Origin: Azolla caroliniana | Taxonomy: Eukaryota > Plantae > Polypodiophyta | Assembly: GCA_043228905.1 (NCBI GenBank) | Contig: JBHGNT010000005.1 | Location: 23,808,001 to 23,872,000, forward strand | Reading direction: 5' to 3' | DNA: 64,000 bases | Shown: positions 39,101-49,527 of the stretch, piece after piece | Numbering within the stretch: position 1 is the stretch's first letter | Layout of the letters: each line of letters opens with the position of its first letter | The notes under the pieces: model-generated | The model's database searches: none | What the model was told of the DNA's origin: nothing | What the model saw: only the letters and a program-made list of their open reading frames with translations | Program-made: the position numbers and the translations under genes

Positions 39101-40706
39101 CTCTTTGGAACCACTTTTCGTAGGTTCAAATCAGAACCACACTGTTTCTGTTGAGCAAACACGGACGCATCATCAGATCGATCAGACGCCATCTGATCCT
39201 TAGCGCTCCACTCCCTCCAAGCCTTCTTCAATATGGGTGATCCGGCCGTTGCGGCCGACCTTCAGAAGCTCGTACAGAAGCAGTCGATGGAGGACAAGAA
39301 ACAATGCGCATCGATCGTGCCCATACACCTTATACAGAACCAACGGTCGTACAGATGTGGCTATGGCGGGTATCTGAAAATGTTCAAGAATCCTCAGACA
39401 CTAAGGATGCGTCACAAGACGCACTACAGTGGCAATGGTGTCAACAACAACGACAAGAAGAACAATACAAGGCAATATGATGGATCTGAGCGATGGCGTG
39501 TGGGGGATGAAGAGAGGCGGTCGCGCTGATCCTGCGATAGTGGAGGTTCATCATTCTCTGGCAACAGCGTCGCCATCCCTAAAGGCGGGCCAGAACAAGA
39601 AGATACCATGGTCGTGCCCACTATGCAAGCGAGCGTTCAAGTGGCGTCGTACGAGCTTAGGCGGCATTTCGGACAGAATGACGGGCGCAAAGAAGGTCGC
39701 CAAGAGAAGACAGAAGCAAAGAAGATAGGAAAAGAAGAAGAAGAAGAAAACGAAAAGAAGGAGAAACGGATGAAGAAGAAGCTGAGTAATAAGCAGAGAA
39801 GAAAGAGAAAATGAAGAACAAGAAGAAAAAGATGCAGACACAAAGCAAGAAGAAAGAAAGAAGAAGTGGGAAAGACAAAGCAAGATGCAGACAGAAAGCA
39901 GAGAGGGAATCTTGAGGGCATCATCAGAATGTGAAGAAATGGAAGGGCATTCGACAAAATTTTAGAAAACAAAAGGGTATACATGAGGGAAATCATTGAT
40001 GTCACGACAAAATCAATTCCTTTAGCAAACTCTCTACACTCGTCTCTCTATGATATCAATTTGATGCAGAGATCCTAGGCAAAACCATCTGAGGCCTCAC
40101 ATCAAGCGCGAAGTTCTAGACGGAAGATGGGCAACAAGTGGGCGGCCATAGTAAAGTTTATCCCGAGCAAACAGCCACACGGCCAAGACGTGTGGCTGAG
40201 AGGCACGATCGAGAGAGTGGTCGAGAATACGGCCAACACGAGCAACCGAGAAGACGGCCGAGACGCATGGCCAAGAGTACAGCCGAGACGCATGGCCGAG
40301 AAGACGACCGTGATGCGCGGCCGAGACGCGCTGTCGCGTGGCGCGTGCCAAACGTCGGGATGTGCGCGTCACAAGCGCGGACAAGCACCGAGCCTCTATC
40401 CGCTAATGGTTATGGATGATGGGCGGCTGAAGTGATGCACTAATGTGGTTAGAGTGAGAGAGAGAGAAAAACAAAAATTGAGGAAGTTTTTAAGATAGAT
40501 AGATACATACATACATATCACCAATAAGATAACTAAGTTTGCTTATTATTAATTTTCGATTTAATATTGTTACCAACTAGGAACACGGTCTACGGTCAGT
40601 CCTTCGACCTAGACTTCCAAGTGACTGTGTGACAACGAATGGTAGCGTCTGTGCGTAATACTTAGTGGAATATTCCTCGTAACCTAGTAGGGTATAAGGG
40701 AGACGG

Positions 40707-41570
40707 TGTCGTAGTGTATTTCGTACACTACGTGAAAAAGTAAAAATAATATAACCGATTTAATTACATATAAATAAATAAAATGATATATCAAGATATT
40801 TATCACGTGCATAGGGCAGGATTCAAACCTTGTACCTCCACGTAGCCAAATCTCAAATTTACCATTATGCTACCTTATCTTTAGTGTTCTATAAATAGAT
40901 TTAATAACTATAAGTGCTTTATTTGCGCCTACCTTTATTAAAAGGTAAATCATGTATTTTTAGAGTGCGTGAATATTTTATAGAAAAACGCAAGCGACTA
41001 AAAAGTGACTCATGCACATCTAGCGTGCATGAGCACTATATTTAGCAAATAAAAGCAAGGATTAGAAAAGCATCACATGCACATTTAGTGTGCATGAACA
41101 TATTAGAAAAAAAAGCATGTAGCTATGCTTAGTCTCTCCCATCACTACATAAGGATGGGGAGCACAATGTAATAGGTGTGTGAAATATTTGGGAAATTGG
41201 ATATATTTCCTAAAACACCAATTAATAAAATATACTCGTGGGATTGACGAAGTTTAAGATAATCTATCTCTTTCAATCTAAATTCATATTCTTACATAAA
41301 TATTGATTAATGTAATACTTGTGGGATTCACAAGGTTTGATCTCTTTTCTCAATCTACTCTAATCTATTCTAAATTATTTCAATTTATTACTACGATTTA
41401 GATAAACTAAAACAATTATACTTGTGGGATTCACAAGTTTCTATATATCTTTCTTATAATCTATTCATATTCATAACTAGATTAGCCTCAAATTCTTCTT
41501 CCTCCTAGTCCAAAACCCCGGTGGTTCCCACCCGACTCACGCAAACGATCCGGAGCCGAAAGGCACGACA
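40707..41570 (+). mobile_element. Solo LTR (864 bp) related to the 48742-56007 family, inserted in the host element's 3' LTR
   Basis: TGTCGTAG...GCACGACA with perfect 4-bp TSD ACGG. Removing it restores a 450-bp LTR. Confidence 0.95.
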
Positions 41571-42034
41571 ACGGCTACAACCGAGCTCCTTTGACAATGG
41601 GCTAGCGCACACACCGTTACTTACTTCTATGCTCTCAAGTGTTACAGACACACAATAGATTAGCCGTAGCTACACACAGATATCAGAGAAGATAGAACTC
41701 TATTACGATACGTCTCTTACATTCCAAAATTACATGCTACCTCTATCAGAGGTTTTTTGCCCTTTATATACGCAGGGTCTTTTAGCCGTTCACGTTTCCC
41801 GCGTGAACCGTTACATGCATTACAATATTATACTATTCCGTATTCCTGCACTCTTGTCCGTTGGTTACAATTCTGGCGGACAGCACCTGGCACGCCTGTG
41901 GGACCATGCCATGGCACGTCGGACCCATGCCTTTAATCTTCTTCCAAAATGGCCCTGATGTTTAGCTTTGCTACGGTGTCCATGTCCGAGGACGGCGTAG
42001 GGCCGGTAGGTGCATCATGGTTTGGTTCCCCTGC

Positions 42035-44615
42035 TTAGTCGGGAGGGCTTCTCATGGTGTCGCAATCATCCTGTGTGGGCGGTCCGGGTTCTGTGGGCTC
42101 TTTTTGGGCTAGGGGGTTTGGCTCAACCGTCGGCGGGCTTGCGGTCGGTCGTGGCACCGTTTCATCCGTCACTTCTTTCGTGATGTCGGTCGTCGTTGTA
42201 CGCTCTAGGGAGTGGGGTTGCGGTTCCTCTTGGTCCACAACGTTCTCCGTGCGGTCGGCCGATAGTGTATGCTCCGATAGATGGGCTTCCTCTTGGCCAG
42301 TGGTTTCACTGTCTGGTAATGTGGGGGACTCCGCTCGCCGTTCTGCATTGTTCACCGTAGTTGTAATCTTTGGTGACCTGACCTGAGGTTCCTCTTCTTC
42401 GGCAGTATCCGGAATTGGTGTCGCGATGGATTCTTCGTTTGTTCGCGTGTTGTCGGCTTGCGTGATCTGGTGAAATAGATCCTCTTGACTTTCACCAAAA
42501 TCATCTAATAGTTGCACGAGTTCTTCGGAATGTTGGTCCGCTAGCGTGCGATAGTCCTGCGCTAGGTCCTCGCGTACTGTCGCAATGCTTTCCTCATTGA
42601 GTTTATAGAAACCTCGACCGTCTTTTCTCTGGCTCTCCCAGTTCGCTCGATACGCGTGCAATTCCGCCGCTTGTGCCGCCCACGCCATCCATCCTTTGTC
42701 TAGCGTCGTTTTCAATTGCGTTCTAAACCTCCCAATTCGTTTGTAGAAGGATACGCACGTTGTCTGTGATGGCCTGGCAACAGTTGCGTGCTTCTTCCAC
42801 ATACTTCTTGAGGTTTGGAATTTCTTGCTGACTAACTGTCGCCGCTTCTTCATACGTGCTCTTCATACCCGCCCACAGTTGGGATTCCTTCGCATGTAGT
42901 TCTTCTAGTTTTCCCATTTCATTGTTTAGGCGGATTTCGAGCTGATGCCTTCTTTCTTGTTCGCCCACCATCTGCTCTTCGAACCATGCTTTCGTTTTCT
43001 CCAATAAAACCCGGAGTCCCACGATTGCCGCCTCCGATTTTTTTGCTTCCTCCCGGAATTGGGCGTTTTCTTCTTTTGTCCGGCTGTGATGTGTTGTCTC
43101 CGCAACGAGTTTCTATTCAAGGGTTTTTACTGCCTTTCGGCCATTGGCCCAAATGTCCTTTTTCCTGTCTGAGGACTGGCAAAGTTCAGCGCGGAGGCGG
43201 TCAATTTCTGATTCCGCTAGTTGTACAACCCATTTTGCTTTTGAGGCAATGGCAGTCTGAGCCTCAATCTCTTCCTTCAAGGCTTCGATGGCGTTGTTTG
43301 GTGATGGAGCTGCTTGTTGCACCGTAGTCGCGTTATTTTCCAACTCCGCGATGCGTTTGTTGGCTTTTTGTAGCTTGGGTCAGTTTAACCTTCTTCCAAA
43401 CATTCTTATTTTTAATGGCCATCTCCTTGGCGCCCATGCTGACATTTGCCAGTTCCCTATGAACTTCGACTAGGGCCGCATTTAATGGGGGTAGTTCCAT
43501 CCCCATTTGGCGTATACCAGCGTTCCTCCGTCTGTCAACTCTGGCTAACTGGTCTTGATCGTTGCTCTCTGTCGTTTGTGTTAAGGCGCGCTCGATCATT
43601 TGGCGCTCCGCGTGCTCCTCGGCCATTCGTTGTGAGACCTTTATCTGTTGCGTTGCCAAGAATTCCATGAGCTCAAAAGAGGTTCCGAACTGCAATAGTG
43701 CGTTGAACTCATGGGCCATGTCCGGGATATCCGGATATGCCAAAACCTCACTTTCCGCCGTCAAGACGACTTTCCCTCGTTGTGACTGGGCCATAATGAT
43801 CGGTCGTGGCTCCCGGATTATTTCGAAGGTGGTGTTGGGCTCCGTAGCTGCGGAATTGTTGCCTACGGTCGTTGTCTCCACCATGGCGGGTAAGTCTTTA
43901 ACTAATCCTCGCCCATCTTTCCTGTCCATCCTCCGCCATTTCGGCCAGGGGCTTTCCTGCTGTGGTTCGGCGTCTGGCTCTGGTGCCACTTCCTTGGAGC
44001 ACACCGCCTGCTTTTTCGGCGTTGTCCGTGTGTCCGGCTGGGCGGGTTGGGGTTCATCCTCCCACTCTATGGTGGCTAACTCTGCTAACCTGTGCTTCGC
44101 AGATCGAGGCGGCGACGTGGGCCTACTGGGTTGACGTGCCGACTGGCCTCGAGGTGGGAATAGTACCGCCAGGTAATGTTGTATGATAGGTCTGAGCTTC
44201 TTGCCTCCTTGAAACGCTCGACCGTACGCACTTCAAAGGTATCAATAATGATACCTGCCTTCTGCTTGGGCATCCCATATGCGTTTACATGTACGCATCC
44301 GACCTCTAATAGGAACTTGGCAACTTCGCGGAAAAAGGGATCCGGGATCTCCTTCGTTCTATATGCCTTGGCGGAGGACAAATATGGACCAAAATATCTC
44401 TGCAGCGACTCTGCATGAGGGATTTTGAAATGCCTTTCACCTAGATATGACAGGTCCAACTTTTTCCGGATGGATGAGTTGGTGACTGTGTCGATATTGA
44501 GCTTTCTGGCAATGTCCAATGCATCCGGGTATGGAGGTGCCTCTACGATCATGATGTACCCATCCAGGCGTTTCTCCACGAGCCATCGACGTAAGGCGGT
44601 AGAGATTAATCTCGG
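42035..44615 (-). pseudogene. Frameshifted extra ORF downstream of integrase (globular N-terminal part, coiled-coil, Pro/Thr/Glu-rich tail); function unknown
   Basis: Consecutive same-strand ORF pieces 44085..44903 (distal part), 43333..44004, 43113..43343, 42723..43022 and 42035..42853, with heptad-like E/Q/K/L stretches. Confidence 0.7.
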
Positions 44616-47600
44616 CATAGTCAATTCCTTTTCCCGTGCGTTCCTATGTCGATCCACAAACGCTTTACGCCGCCGTTGTTCCTGCTCCAACACAGCCATG
44701 TTGTGTACGCGTGTTTCACCGAGTTCGAGTAGTTGGTGGAGCCGTACTTCCTCCGACTTGGCTTCCGATAGTCGGTCCCATACCTGAATCCGTAAACTGG
44801 GTATCTGAAACTCTACTAGCATAACGGCCTCCAGCCCAAACGCTAGTCGAAACGGTGTTGACTGTATGCTTGTTTTGTAGCTAGTTTTGTACGCCCATAA
44901 CACACTATGTAATTTGGTATCCCAGTTCGTTCTATTTTCATTGACGATTTTCTTTAATATGGTCTACAACGTCTTGTTGGTGGATTCCGCCAACCCATTC
45001 GCCTGTGGATAATATGGCGTACTTTTCTTGTGGACTACGGCGTAATGATATGTTAGTTCACGAACGACCATATTGAGAAAGTGGCTCCCCTGATCACTGA
45101 TAAGCTCAATCGGACAACCGAACCGACACCAGATGTGTTCGTAAAGGAATCTCGTTGTGACGGCCGTCGTATTCTCTCGTAGTGCCTTTGCTTCTACCCA
45201 CTTGGTGCAATAATCCGTCGCTACCAATATGTATTTATTGCTAGTATGGGCCGCCGTCGGTGTGAAGGGCCCCACAAAATCCAATCCCCACTTTTGGAAG
45301 GGATCTAACGGTAATACGGGCTGGTGTGGCATTCTTGCGCCCTCCGTGGGTTGGCCCATCCGTTGAGACAAATCGCACTTTCTGCAATACTCGTATGTGT
45401 CCTTCTATGTACTCGGCCACCATAGGCCTGCTTGCCATATTTTCCGGGTCGTAACATCACCCGCGTATTGTCCGCCTACCATGCCGCAGTGAGCCTCCCG
45501 TAAGACTGCTTCTTTCTCATCTTGCGTACACCGCGTCGCCAAATGCCATCACTACCTTTGTGATATAAGATTCCTTCTACCAAGCAGAAGTTATGGCTCC
45601 GGACGGCTAATCGTTTCTTCTCGTCCGTGCATAATTGTGGTGGAGGCAATCCCGTAGTCAAAAAGTATGTCCTTTCCATAAGCCACCAGTCCGGAAAGGT
45701 CGTTTCCGTTCTTCCTGCTAGTGTTGCTACCCGCAGAATGTCTGCGTCCGGAAAGTCGTCGTCGTCCTTTTGCACCGTTTCTCCATTATCGAATCTGCTC
45801 AAAAAATCTGCCACTACGTGTTGCGTACCCGGGCAGTGCTGAATTACAAAATCGAATTCTTGAAGCAGCAGCATCCATCGCGCCAATTTCCCTGTCAATG
45901 CTTGTTTCTCCACCAAATACAGCAGTGTCGAATGATACACGTGGAACGTGAATTTCCTCCCTAATAGATATTGCCAGAATTTATTGATGTTATAGATCAT
46001 CCCTAACGCCTCACGCTCCGTTGTGGAATAGTTACGCTCCGCTATTGATAATTTGCGACTAGCGTAGTACACTGGCCGGTACCAATTTGGTTCAGTGAGT
46101 TGCATTAGCGCACTTCCTATTGCTATGTTTGAGGCATCTACCAACACGTGGAATGGCTTCGCCCAAACTGGTGGTTGTACGACGGGTGCCTGCGTGAGCA
46201 TTATCTTGAGCGCCTCATAGGCCTTGTCTTCCGTTGCAGTCCATTGGAAGGGAGTCTGATGCACGGCGGCATGTAACGGCGTGGCGAAGTCCGCCAAGTA
46301 TCGTATCATCCGACTATGCCATCGTATTTGTCCTAAAAACCGGCTAAGTGATTTCATGTTTGTCGGAGTTTTGGCTTGAGTAATCGAGGAGATTTTGTTC
46401 AGATCGACCGCTATCCCTTCCTTGCTGACTATATGGCCTAGGAGAGCCCCGCTGGTCACGCCGAAGGCACATTTCGCGGGATTCAGGCTTAAGCGTGCAG
46501 TGCGACAACGTTCCAAGCACAACTGCAAATGCGTAAAATGGTCGGGTTTTATCCCATATACCGCAAAATCGTCTAAAAAAACTTGCATGAATGACAGAAT
46601 ATATTCCCCAAAGATCTCCGTGATTGTCCGTTGAAATGTCGCCGGCACCGTCTTTAGCCCAAACATCATGACGTCTGCCACATAGACTCCCCAGTCCGTG
46701 ACAAATGTCGTCTTCTCTTGGTCATCGGGATGCATGCGTACCTGGTTGTATCCACTGAATCCATCTAAAAAACTATACATGTCATGCCCTACGACGGCGT
46801 CCAGTACGCTATCGGTGAATGGTAAAGGGAATGCGTCTGTAATGGTTATGGCGTTTAATTTTCGGTAATCCACGCATACTCATATTTTGCCATTTTTCTT
46901 TGGAACGACTACTATCGGACTTAACCATGTGGCTTGTTTAACTGGCCGTATGAATCCCGCCTTTAGGACTTTGTCAATTTCTTCTTTTACGCGGGTCGCG
47001 TAGTTCGGGTTCATGCGGTAGCGACGTTGCTTGACCAGTTTTGCGTCGGTTGCTAAATTAATCTTATGTTGATAGAACTTTGGATCTAACCCCTTCATGT
47101 CCTCGTGAGCCTAGGCGAACACATCTTTATATTTCTTGAGTAGTTCGATCATTGCATCTCTCTGGTCCGGCCTTACTTCTTTTGCGATGGAGAGGAAACG
47201 GGGTTCTGACGTCATACCCACGTTTACTTCTTCCAGGGCTGAGGCGGTGAATCATCGTGAAATTTCCATTTCCCTCTCGAATGCTACCCGTGCTCTGCTT
47301 AGTTCTAATATTGACTCCAGGTTTGGTTCGTAAGCCTCATCGTGGAGAGTACTAGTCGTGGCATATTCTACCGCGGTTGCGATGACGTTGATTTCGAACA
47401 GCGGAATAATCCGAGGGTGCTCGTCTAGGTATGCCTCTAATTTTGCATCATCCACCCCAGCCAACATATTTATATCTTCCGCGTATAATGGTGTTATACC
47501 CTTGGATTGTGTCGCCCTTTCCTCCGTTGGTACACGAACCTTGGTGCGTCCGTGTTGAAAACTGATACACTTGTGTTGCCAGCTCTGCTTGATATTCGCT

Positions 47601-49527
47601 GCACGAAGCCACGGTCTGCCCAGCAGCACAGGGTACACCCCTGGGGCATCCAGGGCGAGGACTACCGCCGAGATGTCGAAGCAACGTACTTCCACGATAA
47701 TGCCTACCTTGCGTATCAACCCCAATGGTCGTACTAAGCCGGTATCTGCCATACGGAGCTAGAACGGGCAAGCCTCCCATTCTGAAATGCCTAACTGCTC
47801 GCATGTTTTCACGCTAATTACATTAACGCCCAAGCCACCATCGATTACGCATCCTGGGATTTCTTGACTGTGTAATATCAACGTAATAGCCGGGTTGTGG
47901 TGATCCACTATAGACGGTTCGTTGCTAATGTCCGTGAAATTCGTAGCGACACTCACCCCGGGTATGCCCGTCACCCGTTCTTCCATGGTCTGGCGGAAGC
48001 GTGGGACTAGTTGCAACAGCTTCTCCATGGATAACGTTATTTCGCAACCTGCCAGTGCTTGCCAAATGGGGTCCGGGGCCGGTCCTTCGTCCTCCACTAG
48101 CTCCATCGCGTTCGCGGATTCCTTCCGCATGCGTTCCGTATTTGTCGCAGTTGCTTTTTCAACCCATGCATGGGCTGTTCGTCGTATCTCATCTTGCGTG
48201 GCCCAATCAACCGTTTTTGTTTGTTGACGTGTTGTGACTTGCTGCACTTCTGTCGTAATCGTATTGACGACGAGCCCTTGCCCTTGCGTACTGGGCATTG
48301 TGTGGCATAATGTCCGGGCTACTGACAAACAAAACAATGGATGCTAGATTTGCCCTTCTCGGCCCCTGGTGGTGTGTGCCGATCCCTCGGTCTGGCTTTG
48401 TTTGTCGGAGCGTACGCAATGGTTGTTGTTGGTCCCGGCGTGGTTCTTGGTGTCGGTCATCATCCGAGCTTTCGTCATATCGTCGGTGGTCCTGATATTG
48501 CCGCTGCTTTCCACGAGGTCCATTGAAGCCGCCACATTTGTTTGTCGGCTGGTGATTCTCATAGCGCCGGCCCCCTTTAGTATATCTGGGGGGACCACGG
48601 TAGTCCTCATCCTCTGGCTCGTCTTCCTTGGAATCGTTGTGATTCCGGCAATTCCAGTAGTGCTAGTCATCACGTGGGTTGTGATCCATATACCGTGGTC
48701 GGTCTTCTTGCCTCCTTTGTTCAGTACGGCGTGGGGGACGCTGTCGTGCCTTTCGGCTCCGGATCGTTGCGTGAGTCGGGTGGGAACCACAGAGGTCTTG
48801 GACTAGGAGAAAGAAGTTCGTGAGATAGAGATTAATTATGAGTAAATAGCAAAGAGAAAGATAAGAAACTCGTGAATCACACGAGTATACTATATTAATT
48901 GGTACTTAGGATGTTAAGAGAGAAGTAGATGTATAAATCGTGAATCCCACGAATAATTTTTGTATTGATTAATACTTAATCCAAATAATCAACAACTCTT
49001 TACATATTTCTCTCCTCCTTATATAAGGAAAGAAGAGCTAAGCATGGCTTCATGCTTTTTTTTTACAAAAAGTGTTCATGTCCACTAAATGTGCATGTGA
49101 TGTTTTTTTCCTAAGTATAGGGCTCATGCACGCTAGATGTGCATGAGTTATTTTTAGTGTCTCGCGTTTTTCTTTTTCATATATTAAAAAAATACACGAT
49201 TTACCTTTTAATAAAGGTATGCATAAATAAAGGTCTTATACGTATTAAATCTATATTTAAAACACTTAAGATAAGTTAATGTAATGGTAAGGTTGGGGTT
49301 TGTCAACGTGGAGGTGCAGAGTTCGAATCACGCCCTGCGCAGTAGTGAATATTTCCTTTCTTTTTACATTTATGTCTCTTTCTTTTTACATTTGCCGGTA
49401 TGCCGTTTTCTTCCTTGCCGGTATGCCGTTTTCCTCCTTGCCGGTATGCCGTTTTCTTCCGGTTCTCACCGAGCACTCCATTCTCTATCCGGAGGGACAA
49501 AAATATAATTTCCACATAGTGTGCAAC

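Noticed and set aside
39551-40435. Overlapping F/S/L-rich and R/A-rich ORFs as host genes
   Set aside because: They derive from GAA-rich low complexity and GGCCGAGA repeats inside an LTR element.
41505-41570. Conserved GC-rich U5 segment as a self-cleaving ribozyme (hammerhead/twister)
   Set aside because: There is no CUGANGA core and no convincing twister pairing; primer-tRNA and integrase-end constraints explain the conservation.
41886-41905. Reading the element as plus-oriented with antisense gag-pol, because a PBS follows the left LTR
   Set aside because: The TATA box, all ORFs and a second PBS are on the minus strand. The same two-site layout recurs in the 38253-59238 element.
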